Source of the DNA: Candidatus Peregrinibacteria bacterium | Lineage (GTDB): Bacteria; Patescibacteriota; Gracilibacteria; CAIRYL01 | Reading direction: 5' to 3' | Length of the DNA: 55,488 nucleotides | Assembly (NCBI GenBank): GCA_037138215.1 | Contig: JBAXIU010000002.1 | Location: 1 to 55,488 of the forward strand | In this document: in pieces, positions 1 through 8,761 of the stretch | Layout of the letters: every line of letters begins with the position of its first letter | Numbering within the stretch: the stretch's first letter is position 1 | Notes under the pieces: model-generated | What the model saw: only the letters and a program-made list of their open reading frames with translations | What the model was told of the DNA's origin: nothing | The model's database searches: none | Program-made: the position numbers and the translations under genes

Positions 1-53
1 CGTTATTTTTCCCTTGTTATATTTTAAAATTATGGGAGCAAAAGAGAAAAAAG

Positions 54-1099
54 TGGGCAGGTGTGAGAAAATTGGTGTCTAAAATTAGAGAAATCAGTAA
101 AAGATGAGTGAAGAAATGAGCTTTAATTGAGTAGATTTGGAGGCACCGCGATGAACAGCAAGTTTCGCTTTTAAGTGTGAGAAATAACCGTCTAAAGAAT
201 TGGTAGTGGAATCATAGTTTTCCATCGATGACAGGTAAAAATAAAGGGCATTGTACAGATAATAGCTGTATATGCTTGTCGAATTCTCTGGTGGGTAAAG
301 ACTTTTGTTCCCGTGGCGATATTCTCTGTTTTTTCAGAGAGGAAGGTTTTCCACCTCTTATGCCATTGCTCAATCCAGTAGTCAAAACTCTCCCTATCGG
401 TTTCTTTCATTCGAAACATAATCTCTCGAAGCTCTTTGCCAGCCAAGAGTTTTGGCTTTTTAGAAATATATCTCGTAACAATTTGGAAGAGATGAAACTG
501 ACAATGTTGGAACACAATAGCTGGAAATAATCTTCCAAGACCAGGTTTTCCATCTGCTATGAGCATTTTTATCTTCCATCCCTTTTCTAACAGAAGATCA
601 ATACCTTCTTTGTATTTTTGGTTTGTTTCGTGCTTCACCTCATACCACAGAAGATTCTTTTTGAGATTTGAGGCTCTCAATACCATTACTCCAAACTGTT
701 CAAAATAGGTCGTATCCACTATAAGAACTATTTCTTGAGGCAGAATTTCCGCATTGTAATTCCCCTCAAAAAACACCTCTCTTGAAAGGTATTGATTTAC
801 CCATTCTCTACTTCGTCCGATCTTCTCTCCGATTTGTTTTTGTGTCTGTTTCCCTTCTGCATACTCTTGGATAAGACTTTCTTTTTGTTTCGGTTTCTTC
901 CAATCTTTTAATTGGAATTTCTTCTGACAAATATTACAAAAATACTGCTGTTTCCCATTCCGTTTCCCATACTTTTTGGTCTCATTTCCTCTGCATTTCT
1001 GGCACCTTTTTTTTTCTCATAAAAATTAACTAAGAGTTTATTCAGTTCTATCCTATATAAACTCTCCTTTTTAGCAACTTCAAAAGTTACACCTGCCTA
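54..1099 (-). mobile_element. Insertion sequence (~1.05 kb) with imperfect terminal inverted repeats and one transposase gene
   Basis: Left end 54-66 TGGGCAGGTGTGA matches the reverse complement of right end 1087-1099 (TAGGCAGGTGTAA) at 11/13 positions. A single transposase frame lies between them. No clear target-site duplication was seen. Confidence 0.55.
192..1016 (-). CDS. DDE-type transposase with N-terminal CxxC...CxxC zinc ribbon (IS1/IS1595-like architecture, family unresolved); start-codon problem
   Basis: The ORF-track frame 192..776 stays open upstream to 1016. There it encodes KKRCQKCRGNETKKYGKRNGKQQYFCNICQKKFQ (zinc ribbon). Downstream motifs are IVDTTYF, LIADGKPGL and QHCQFH. 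The only ATG (1018-1020) is 1 nt out of frame across an A9 run (T9 on the + strand, 1007-1015). Confidence 0.7.
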   Translation of the reverse strand, partial: EKKRCQKCRGNETKKYGKRNGKQQYFCNICQKKFQLKDWKKPKQKESLIQEYAEGKQTQKQIGEKIGRSREWVNQYLSREVFFEGNYNAEILPQEIVLIVDTTYFEQFGVMVLRASNLKKNLLWYEVKHETNQKYKEGIDLLLEKGWKIKMLIADGKPGLGRLFPAIVFQHCQFHLFQIVTRYISKKPKLLAGKELREIMFRMKETDRESFDYWIEQWHKRWKTFLSEKTENIATGTKVFTHQRIRQAYTAIICTMPFIFTCHRWKTMIPLPIL

Positions 1100-1164
1100 A
1101 ATAACAAATTTTCAAGACCATGACGGTAAGAATAAGTCTGAAATATACTTTCTCACAAAAGATT

Positions 1165-1776
1165 TTACCTCATAAAAGCTTTTACGGCTTTCCTGACTTT
1201 TTTGCTTTTAAAAGTTTTGTTTTGACGCAAATCTTTCCTAAGAAATTGGTTTGATTTTGGGTCTTCTCCGGCGACAGTTCCAAGCCACTGTTGCACTTCT
1301 GGTGCAACAATGTCGGGTGCTTTGCGTGCCCATTCGAGTAAAGTTTTAGTGGCCTCAATATTTCCAATATTAGCAATTGCCGTGCCACTCCAATAATAAA
1401 CAATTGATCTGCTTGTTTGGGACAGAAATACTTGTTGAAGTAATGGCAAAGAATCGGGATTTTTGATGTTACGGCTAGCTTTAATAACCGCCACAATGCG
1501 CGGATCATTATTTTCAAAAAGAGTTTCAACAATTTGTGAGGACTGAGAAATTTGATCCAGAAGTAATTGAATTCCAGAAAGAGATCCTATTTCAGCTATT
1601 TTTTGCGCAACTGCATTAGCAGTGTGAGAGTCTGGTTTATCAAGTTTTTTCCATAGAGACTCCAGCACTGTTGATAATTCAGGATGAAACGCCAACTCGT
1701 ACTCGCTTAAACCGGTACTTCCTCGAGATATGGCTTCTGAAATAGCATAGTGTAATATATCGTCATGGGTTTCCAA
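1165..1776 (-). CDS. hypothetical alpha-helical repeat (HEAT/armadillo-like?) protein
   Basis: 203-aa ORF with a TTG start. The frame is open upstream to ~1943 without a canonical start. No catalytic motif was recognised. Confidence 0.4.
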   Translation of the reverse strand: METHDDILHYAISEAISRGSTGLSEYELAFHPELSTVLESLWKKLDKPDSHTANAVAQKIAEIGSLSGIQLLLDQISQSSQIVETLFENNDPRIVAVIKASRNIKNPDSLPLLQQVFLSQTSRSIVYYWSGTAIANIGNIEATKTLLEWARKAPDIVAPEVQQWLGTVAGEDPKSNQFLRKDLRQNKTFKSKKVRKAVKAFMR

Positions 1777-1946
1777 TAATGCTTGCGCTAAAATACTAAA
1801 AGATTGAGGGGTATAAATTTCCCCTAATAAATTGGAAACTTCTGCCCGTTGCTTTTTGGAAAGAGAAGGATCTTGGAGTCTTGTAGTTGCCTCTGAGCAA
1901 ACAACATCATTCCCATTTTTTTGAAGTTTGTCTGGAAGTAATGATG

Positions 1947-2159
1947 TTAATCACTGTTTTTATCTGATAGTTCTTTCCAGCATTTCCAAACAGATTCTTC
2001 TGTTGATGCAATCATCTCGTCATAAGCCTTTTGCCCTACTACTCCAGAAGAAGAAATATCAGAACATGAAGAAAATGTCACATTGGGAAAAAGCGTTATA
2101 AAAAATAGAGAGAGGAGAAAAAAGTTTTTCATAAAAGAGAGGAAAGGTACAATACGCAT
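1947..2159 (-). CDS. small putative lipoprotein
   Basis: 70 aa. The hydrophobic N-terminus ends in a lipobox-like FSSC (MRIVPFLSFMKNFFLLSLFFITLFPNVTFSSC). Confidence 0.45.
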   Translation of the reverse strand: MRIVPFLSFMKNFFLLSLFFITLFPNVTFSSCSDISSSGVVGQKAYDEMIASTEESVWKCWKELSDKNSD

Positions 2160-2172
2160 CCTCTCATTTTCC

Positions 2173-2457
2173 TTATCTCTTCAGTACCATTTCCAATTTT
2201 TTCCCAGGGAAATCGTTTTTAAGGGCGCTCAAAATATAGTTTTTTTTCAGGAGAAACAGATGTGCCCATCCACTGGAAAGAGCCTGTACAAAAATTTTAT
2301 TGCCCATGACTTTTGTCGGAATCACCATTTTTTCCGATTCTTCTCCCAAATAAATCGTAATATATTGTTTACAATTTTCCAATAAAAGCCCCGCGTATGC
2401 TTCCTCAGAAAGTCCACGATATTGCAGTACTTTGGGAAGGATAAGGGAAAGTTTCAT
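2173..2457 (-). CDS. hypothetical protein (shortened from ORF 2173..2592 to avoid overlap with def)
   Basis: An internal Met (MKLSLILPK...) lies just downstream of the def stop. It sits where fmt usually follows def, but it is far too short and I cannot support homology. Confidence 0.3.
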   Translation of the reverse strand: MKLSLILPKVLQYRGLSEEAYAGLLLENCKQYITIYLGEESEKMVIPTKVMGNKIFVQALSSGWAHLFLLKKNYILSALKNDFPGKKLEMVLKR

Positions 2458-2470
2458 GAGGATTACGGTG

Positions 2471-2962
2471 TTAATAATACTGTTCATTAGTCTCTTTTTC
2501 CGTATGGGAAACAATTTCAGATATCCGGTCAACAAAAAGGATACCGTTGAGATGGTCAATTTCGTGCTGAACAATACGAGCACTAAAATCATTGAGGCGG
2601 AGTTTTTTAGGACGACCCACTTCGTCCAAAAATGATACCATCACTTCTTTTGCTCTCCAGACATTTCCAAATTCTCCGGGGATACTCAAACATCCTTCTT
2701 CGTCGTAGGTATTGTCGAGAGAAAACTCTGAAATTTCGGGATTCACCATAGGAAGGAATTGTTTTCCATTCATTTGCACGAGAATAAGTCGAATATTTTC
2801 TCCAATTTGTGGTGCAGCAAGCCCAACCCCTTTCGCTTTTTTCACGGTTACTTCCATGGTTTTGATGAGTTTTTGAATATTTTTATCCACTTTTTTTATC
2901 GGGAGGGAAACAGATCTCAACACGCTATTGGAAGTACCAGTAAGAACAGGAAGAGGAGACAT
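2471..2962 (-). CDS. def: peptide deformylase
   Basis: All three PDF motifs are present: GVGLAAPQIG, EGCLSIPG and QHEIDHLNG. The start is set at internal Met MSPLPVL (163 aa, typical length). Confidence 0.9.
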   Translation of the reverse strand: MSPLPVLTGTSNSVLRSVSLPIKKVDKNIQKLIKTMEVTVKKAKGVGLAAPQIGENIRLILVQMNGKQFLPMVNPEISEFSLDNTYDEEGCLSIPGEFGNVWRAKEVMVSFLDEVGRPKKLRLNDFSARIVQHEIDHLNGILFVDRISEIVSHTEKETNEQYY

Positions 2963-3116
2963 GGGAACAAAGTACGCAAGACAAGTCTCGCAAAAGAAGT
3001 ATGAAAATCTGGCTGGTCTGATAGTGATGAGACCGAACGCTATCTTCAATGGGAAGAGTCTATTTTTACCCATTACGAAGAGATTTCAATCGTACTCTAT
3101 CAAATAGACCTTATTT

Positions 3117-3281
3117 TTACAAGCTCTTCTCCACAATGTACCTCGAAAGGGTTTTCCCCGATTCTTTCGCATTCTTTTTGATTTTTTCTTTTTCCTCGTT
3201 TGAACACCTGAAAGCAATCGCCGTTTCAGAGAGTCCTTGTGATCTTCTTCCAGAGCCTTCGCGTTTTCCGCCCCATGCCAT
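3117..3281 (-). CDS. small ribbon-helix-helix (CopG/MobC-like) DNA-binding protein
   Basis: MAWGGKREGSGRRSQG...IAFRCSNEEKEKIKKNAKESGKTLSRYIVEKSL has a basic GGKREGSGRR arm followed by a beta-alpha-alpha pattern typical of RHH proteins. An alternative start lies at 3332. Confidence 0.5.
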   Translation of the reverse strand: MAWGGKREGSGRRSQGLSETAIAFRCSNEEKEKIKKNAKESGKTLSRYIVEKSL

Positions 3282-3681
3282 AGTTACAATAAAAACACGA
3301 GAAATACTATTCTTTGGCTTTTTTATTGTCAAATATTTTCAAGATGATTTTTCTTGACAATTTCAATATGACTTTGTATAATACTATCAACTAACACCCA
3401 CCCTATGCCTATACACGCCCCACCATAAGCCCATACCCACCCCCTTTTTTGCAATACAAAAAGGGGCAAAAAAACGAATCCGCAACCAAGCACATTGTTA
3501 TTTTTACCCCACCCACAATGATACACCATACAACGGTTCCAATGCACGCAATTCCTCATCGAGTGCCATTCCAGTCTCTCGACTCTTTGTCGTATGTCCA
3601 AATCGCACACCTCGGGAAACAAACATTCCGAGAAGTCGCGATCGTTTCAGAAAACTCAGAAGGATACTAATTTTCTTTTTT

Positions 3682-3813
3682 ATGAAAACCCAAAACCTCT
3701 ACTTCATCGGCGGATTTTTCCTCTCGTTCGAATCACTCGAAAAGCTTGTACACCATAAAGTGGCAAGCCAACACGAAGAGGACCTCTTCCACGAACTCAA
3801 AGCCATCGCATAA
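3682..3813 (+). CDS. small hypothetical ORF (43 aa, below ORF-track cutoff)
   Basis: ATG 3682 to TAA 3811-3813, ending 12 nt before the next + strand gene. No similarity recognised. Confidence 0.25.
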   Translation: MKTQNLYFIGGFFLSFESLEKLVHHKVASQHEEDLFHELKAIA

Positions 3814-3825
3814 CTCTTTCCCACT

Positions 3826-4317
3826 ATGGAATCCCTCAAAAAAATATACACCATCGGCAAAGAGGTGGCATACATTTCTGCGGCACTCTACTTCATCCTT
3901 CTTTTTCAGGAGCCTCAAACGGTGTTCATGTCCACTATAAAATTCCTCTCTCAATGGAACTATTTTATCCCCCAATTTTTTGCCTACTATTTATTTTTTA
4001 AGAATTGGGAAAAAATCAAAGATAGAATTTTGGAGAGAAAAGCAGAAATAGAACACGGGGATACTTTCTTCGGGATTCCCAAAATCGACTTCGCAAAATT
4101 CTATGTCCTCGACAAAAACAACCGAGACACCATCGTTAACCGCTTCAAAGTTTCCCGGGAAATTGCGGAGAAAATCATCAGCAATTTGGAAAACAAAGGC
4201 GCACTCACTCGCGGATCTTCTAACAGACTTCTCAAAACAAAAGACCGAATAAATGACATACTCCCCCTCCTCAACGAGTTAGATTTCCAAATTCTACGAG
4301 ACGGGCAAACCGCTTAA
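3826..4317 (+). CDS. hypothetical membrane protein with C-terminal winged-helix-like segment
   Basis: 163 aa with hydrophobic N-terminal segments. The C-terminal SREIAEKIISNLENKGALTRG resembles a wHTH recognition region. Strong hairpins follow the gene. Confidence 0.5.
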   Translation: MESLKKIYTIGKEVAYISAALYFILLFQEPQTVFMSTIKFLSQWNYFIPQFFAYYLFFKNWEKIKDRILERKAEIEHGDTFFGIPKIDFAKFYVLDKNNRDTIVNRFKVSREIAEKIISNLENKGALTRGSSNRLLKTKDRINDILPLLNELDFQILRDGQTA

Positions 4318-4384
4318 ACAAGCCCGCAAACCGTCGGCAAACCGGTGGCAAAGTACCTGCAAACAGCACTTTGCCAAAACAAAA

Positions 4385-4411
4385 CCCCGCCACAATGGAC
4401 GGGGTTTTTTT
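4385..4411. terminator. bidirectional rho-independent terminator between convergent genes
   Basis: The stem is CCCCG (4385-4389) paired with CGGGG (4400-4404). It has a T7 run on the + strand and an A4/T-run on the other strand. Two further hairpins flank it: 4347-4375 (GGCAAAGT/ACTTTGCC) and 4446-4463 (C6-TTGTAA-G6). Confidence 0.6.
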
Positions 4412-4483
4412 GTTGTGTTCCGTCATTGCGCCCCATGTTCCATCTCCCCCCTTGTAAGGGGGGTAGGGGGGTAAAATTCTCCA

Positions 4484-4975
4484 TTACCCCAACACTCCAC
4501 TCCACACTATCGTCGCCTTGGATTGGTCAAAGTACCCATAGTCACTCGTGTTGTAATTCTCAACGCCCCACGAAAAAAGGTCGGTAGTACTTCGTACTAG
4601 GCGTCGTACTCCCCAGTGCAAGTGCGGACCAGTACTCATTCCCGTGCTTCCAGAGTACCCAATAACATCCCCAATGTTCACTTTCTGCCCATCGGTCACG
4701 GCGAGTTTTGAGAGATGTCCATACACGCTCTCCAGAGCCTTTGTTTCGGAACGGAGCTTGATATGCAAGCCGTATCCGCTCTTCCCGTCGTCTTTCGTTT
4801 GTACGACTCCATCAAAAACGGCGTATACTGGAGTCCCCGCAGGAATACCAAAATCAATTCCGTTATGCGGTCGGGCTTTTCCGTTGTCGTATCCGTACGC
4901 CCCAGTTTTGGCATAATCTGTCATTCCAAAAACCTGAGAAACTTTTGCCGGTGATTTTACGGGAGAGAGAAGCAT
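4484..4975 (-). CDS. M23 family metallopeptidase (phage peptidoglycan hydrolase / endolysin)
   Basis: HNGIDFG (HxxxD) and GPHLHWGV (HxH) motifs with the usual spacing. It is the last gene of the late operon. Confidence 0.9.
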   Translation of the reverse strand: MLLSPVKSPAKVSQVFGMTDYAKTGAYGYDNGKARPHNGIDFGIPAGTPVYAVFDGVVQTKDDGKSGYGLHIKLRSETKALESVYGHLSKLAVTDGQKVNIGDVIGYSGSTGMSTGPHLHWGVRRLVRSTTDLFSWGVENYNTSDYGYFDQSKATIVWSGVLG

Positions 4976-5163
4976 AAAAAAGGGATTAAAAATTATTTTA
5001 AAAGAAAATGAAAAAGGTATTTTATGAGGTAGTAAATTTTTACAATAGGCATAAATTTCCCAAATCGTTCTATAAGTCTTTCATCTTTCAAGTGTTCCAT
5101 TTGTATTTGGATTCTTTCCTTATATGGTTTTGAATAAAATTCTTTAAGAGTCATAAAAATTTG

Positions 5164-5511
5164 CTAAAGAGTTTTCAAAATAAACGCCATAATTACGGAG
5201 ACAAGCGCGGCTACAGTGGCAATCTTTACCGAGGACCCCATTGTTATTGTCTTCACAATACTGAGCTCAGTTTTTATTTCTTTCAGTTCCAAATCCTTCG
5301 CTTTGTTCTGCTCTTGTAATCTCACAATATCATCATGGTCATCCCCTCTTTTATTCAATGTATCAACCAAGTTTTTCATTTCCGACAAAATTTTGCTCTC
5401 GAAAGATGAAAAATTTATTTGGTTGCGATTCCAATCTTTCTGTAAGTCAGAGAATTTGTCAGAAAGTACATTGATTTGCCGTTCAATCATTTCGATTCTC
5501 GCATCACTCAT
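5164..5511 (-). CDS. XhlA-like coiled-coil protein with C-terminal membrane anchor (lysis accessory)
   Basis: Start at MSDARIEM. The protein is a long heptad-like coiled coil followed by a C-terminal TM segment (IATVAALVSVIMAFILKTL). Its start overlaps the upstream gene stop (ATGA). Confidence 0.5.
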   Translation of the reverse strand: MSDARIEMIERQINVLSDKFSDLQKDWNRNQINFSSFESKILSEMKNLVDTLNKRGDDHDDIVRLQEQNKAKDLELKEIKTELSIVKTITMGSSVKIATVAALVSVIMAFILKTL

Positions 5512-5741
5512 TCTTGCGGTGGTAAAAGTTCGGTTGTCCCTTCTTGTATGGGGGGCGCAGTGGGTAAGGTTCCATCTCCTGCTGTCTTCCCTTTTGAATA
5601 CGCATAAAACGCGCCAAAAACCATACTGGAAAGCAACATAAAATTGTTTTCCGAGAGTTTTCCGATGAGAAATGATGCGCAAACCGTTACTGCCATCAGC
5701 AGAAAAACAATATGCGACATAGAGGGGAATTTGAATTTCAT
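5508..5741 (-). CDS. putative holin (two TM segments)
   Basis: 77 aa from ATG 5741, with TM segments HIVFLLMAVTVCASFLIG and LLSSMVFGAFYAY and a polar tail. The start lies 1 nt after the upstream TAA. Confidence 0.5.
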   Translation of the reverse strand: MKFKFPSMSHIVFLLMAVTVCASFLIGKLSENNFMLLSSMVFGAFYAYSKGKTAGDGTLPTAPPIQEGTTELLPPQE

Positions 5742-5742
5742 A

Positions 5743-5901
5743 TTATTTTCCAAAAAATTCTAAAGTTTTTTTTGTGTCCTGCAATTCTGTAGACAGTCGG
5801 TCATATTCCTCCAAGTCTCCAGCTTTAAAAGCCATCAATTTTCTGGTTTCAAGATCTTGTATTTTTTTTTCAATGATTTCCTTCACTTCTTCAATGGTCA
5901 T
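5743..5901 (-). CDS. small charged helical protein
   Basis: MTIEEVKEIIEKKIQDLETRK... The ATG at 5901 is preceded by the TTAACCCCCC leader motif. The longer ORF-track start 5934 overlaps the upstream gene. Confidence 0.4.
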   Translation of the reverse strand: MTIEEVKEIIEKKIQDLETRKLMAFKAGDLEEYDRLSTELQDTKKTLEFFGK

Positions 5902-5912
5902 TTCGTGGGGGG

Positions 5913-8756
5913 TTAAAAAATAAGAGCGCGCCAAAGTTTTTGTCCTGTGTGCTGCATTACATACAGATATTTCAACAAATCAGCAGTAAGGCACACCATC
6001 ATCCTGTTCCCTATCAATACCGCTCCATGGGTATCATCCACCTGAAATGCCCCGACTATTCTGTCGTTTGTGAAATCTAAAGCAAATATTCTTCCTACCG
6101 TTGCCGATGAGGCATGAAGATATATTTTGTCTCCTCCGTCGTACGCATACATGGCACCGGTAGAGAATACTTCTTGTTGAGGGGAGTAGTGCCGCCCGTG
6201 TTCCCATGTCACAGTTGTCAAATCAAAAATATCGAAAGTGTTTGATCCTCCTCCTCTTGGAAAGAATAAAAATTTTCCTTTTGTTGCGGCGTCAGAATTT
6301 CCAAAAATCCAAAGCAATTCAATTCCGGCACCTCTCACTGGAATAGAAAGAATTGAATATGAAGAGGTGGCATCAGGCGCTGTTATCGCTCCTGTGGTGA
6401 GTACAGTTCCCGTGTTTGAGGTAATGGAAGCCTCTTGCCCCAAAGCAGTTCCTCCCGTTACTCGCACTCTTTTCCCTGCCAAATAGTTCGTTTTCCAGTT
6501 CTTCGTTCCTGTCTCTGTAATACTTCCGATTGTTCCCGCTGTCATAAGCCCCCATGAATCTGCTACCTCATAAAAAGTAGTAGCATCAGGAGTGAACCCT
6601 TGAGCCGTAAAATTGAGAGTGTTGGAAGTGTTAGAGGTGATTGTAATTATTCCAGAACCAAGTCCCGTACCAGCCTCAATTCTCATTTTGTACCCCGCCC
6701 ATTGGTTCACATCCCAGTTTTTCGTAGAATCCACAAGAGTTGTAGGGCTTCCTCCCGTAGCAAACCCATTTCTTGCCTTGTTGGCTTGTTTATAAATTTC
6801 TTCACATCCAAAAGCCTTCGCATCATAAATTTGATATTTTGATGTTCCATTTACTCCCGCCACAATCGTTGCCACCGTTAAAGTGTTTGCAGTATTCGCC
6901 GTAATCCATCGGATTTGGGATGTAGGATTCACCCCTGAAACTTCCAAATGCACCAATTTCCCGACAAACTCGTTTGGAGTCCAGTTTTTTGAAGAATCTA
7001 CAATTAAGGTGGTACTTTGTGAGTTGCTCGCTGCCATATTCGCCGTTGCTGTAATAGCAACAGAAAAAGAAGTAGTAGAATTTACACCAATAATGGTATG
7101 TTGAGCATTCCAAGCTCCTTCTGAGCATCCTGCGAATGTTATCGAGTCTCCATTTTTGAACCAGTGAGAAGAGGCGGTTGTTATCAATGCCGTTGGTCCA
7201 ACGGTTGTAATATTGATTGTACACAATGTTCCCGTTCCTCCCGTTGTCGCCTTCCCTGTCCCCGTAGTAAACCCAGTAACAGTCCCAGAATGTACCAATT
7301 CAAGCCCTGTCACCGCTCCTGCGGTATCAATGGAGGTCACTATCACTTGCGCTCCAGTACCACCAACCGAACAGGTCAAAATATCTCCTACCACATACCC
7401 TGATCCACCAGCAGTGGGAGAAGATGCAATAGACTGAACCCCTGCCGCTATTCTCACTCCAGTAGAGATACCAACAGGCTTCCACCCATTAATTTTTACG
7501 GTAATGTTGGAGGTAATACCGTCATCATAATTTTCCCCCTGAGACCAGAAATCATTTTTTTCTGAGTAAGAATAAATTGCAGAGGCAGCGTTCCCTCCCA
7601 TAAAAATTTTGTCATAATCTGCCCATACTTCATAAATTGAGGTTGCATCCGGAGTAATATCCCACGACTTCTCTACTATAAAAACGGTGGCAGTATTGCA
7701 GACAATTCTTCTACTTTGTCCTCTCCCTGTCCCTGAGGTGATACGAATCCTATGGTTTGCGTATCGGTTCGGTGTCATCGTTTGAACGGTATCTGTGAGA
7801 GTTCGCGCAGACCCTGCCGTTGCTGTGGAAGTAATAAAAGCACTTCCGTATTTCCCGATATTTACCAAAGAAAAATCTGTTCCCAGTGCCGCTAAAATAA
7901 GAGATTGCGGGGTTGTTTTGGTCTGCCATTGGTCATGCAAACAATCGTAATACTGAAGAGAATAAAAAGGCGCAGCCGCAAGAGACGACAAAAGGTAAAT
8001 TCCTCCCGTATCGGTGTTAAAAGTGGAGGTGTAGTCTGGAATAGTTGTCCAAGCAGAATCTACCGTGAAAGAGGTAGAAAGGATTTTATAGTGAGCTTGC
8101 AATCCAGCTGTAACGACTGGCAAAGCGTATGGTGCATTGGCAATAAAAGGCTGGTTGTTCCAGTGGTCATGTGGCTGTAAATTCGCATCTGAGAAATAAA
8201 GCGTCGTTTGGTCATTGTAGAGCACTTTTTTATATTGCGTTGCGTCCGTTCCAAAAGTAATTCCCGCCAAATACCCTTTCCATTGATTGAATTTCCATTT
8301 CTTTAAGGAATCGGAAAGAGATGCTGTAGTCGTTGCTGTAATCACCCCGAAATCATTTACCGTTTCTACAGGAGCAGAAAGGATTCTTTCTTGTCCTGCC
8401 CCCGTTCCGTCTTCAATAGTAATTTTTGCCCCTACCATCTCTTTTCCTTTCAATCCTGGAATCACGACAGAATTGGACCCCGCAGAAAGTACGCTCCCGT
8501 GGTATCCTTGATTTTGTGCGTATATCATGGAAGCCCCAACCGTAGGGGCAACATTCGGAGAAGCCAATTGCTGGTAACAATCTCCAACGAGGTCGTATTT
8601 GTAAAAAACAGACCCTACCAAATAGTATGAATCTCTTTTGTATCCGTCTTGTCTTGAGCACATACAAGAAATTGCAGTAGACGCAACGGGCGATTGGTTA
8701 CATAATTCCCAAAAAGGAAGATCTACCATTGGTTTGTTCGTATTGCTAACTGGCAT
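5913..8756 (-). CDS. large tail fibre/host-recognition structural protein with five internal repeats
   Basis: 947 aa in the tail-distal position. A repeated module appears five times, e.g. KITIEDGTGAGQERILS, IRITSGTGRGQSRRIVCNTATV, MRIEAGTGLGSGIITITSNTSNTL and VRVTGGTALGQEASITSNTGTV. Confidence 0.75.
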   Translation of the reverse strand: MPVSNTNKPMVDLPFWELCNQSPVASTAISCMCSRQDGYKRDSYYLVGSVFYKYDLVGDCYQQLASPNVAPTVGASMIYAQNQGYHGSVLSAGSNSVVIPGLKGKEMVGAKITIEDGTGAGQERILSAPVETVNDFGVITATTTASLSDSLKKWKFNQWKGYLAGITFGTDATQYKKVLYNDQTTLYFSDANLQPHDHWNNQPFIANAPYALPVVTAGLQAHYKILSTSFTVDSAWTTIPDYTSTFNTDTGGIYLLSSLAAAPFYSLQYYDCLHDQWQTKTTPQSLILAALGTDFSLVNIGKYGSAFITSTATAGSARTLTDTVQTMTPNRYANHRIRITSGTGRGQSRRIVCNTATVFIVEKSWDITPDATSIYEVWADYDKIFMGGNAASAIYSYSEKNDFWSQGENYDDGITSNITVKINGWKPVGISTGVRIAAGVQSIASSPTAGGSGYVVGDILTCSVGGTGAQVIVTSIDTAGAVTGLELVHSGTVTGFTTGTGKATTGGTGTLCTINITTVGPTALITTASSHWFKNGDSITFAGCSEGAWNAQHTIIGVNSTTSFSVAITATANMAASNSQSTTLIVDSSKNWTPNEFVGKLVHLEVSGVNPTSQIRWITANTANTLTVATIVAGVNGTSKYQIYDAKAFGCEEIYKQANKARNGFATGGSPTTLVDSTKNWDVNQWAGYKMRIEAGTGLGSGIITITSNTSNTLNFTAQGFTPDATTFYEVADSWGLMTAGTIGSITETGTKNWKTNYLAGKRVRVTGGTALGQEASITSNTGTVLTTGAITAPDATSSYSILSIPVRGAGIELLWIFGNSDAATKGKFLFFPRGGGSNTFDIFDLTTVTWEHGRHYSPQQEVFSTGAMYAYDGGDKIYLHASSATVGRIFALDFTNDRIVGAFQVDDTHGAVLIGNRMMVCLTADLLKYLYVMQHTGQKLWRALIF

Positions 8757-8761
8757 AAAAA

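Noticed and set aside
2173-2592. Full-length 139-aa ORF
   Set aside because: Its first 45 codons overlap the well-supported def 3' end in another frame. I shortened it to an internal start, and it remains weak even so.
4404-4440. Possible tRNA-Gln 3' remnant (TCCGTCATT...GTTCCATCTCCCC) as the left att repeat
   Set aside because: The similarity is short and degenerate. It is also in the opposite orientation to the intact tRNA, so it cannot be the direct repeat expected of an att duplication.
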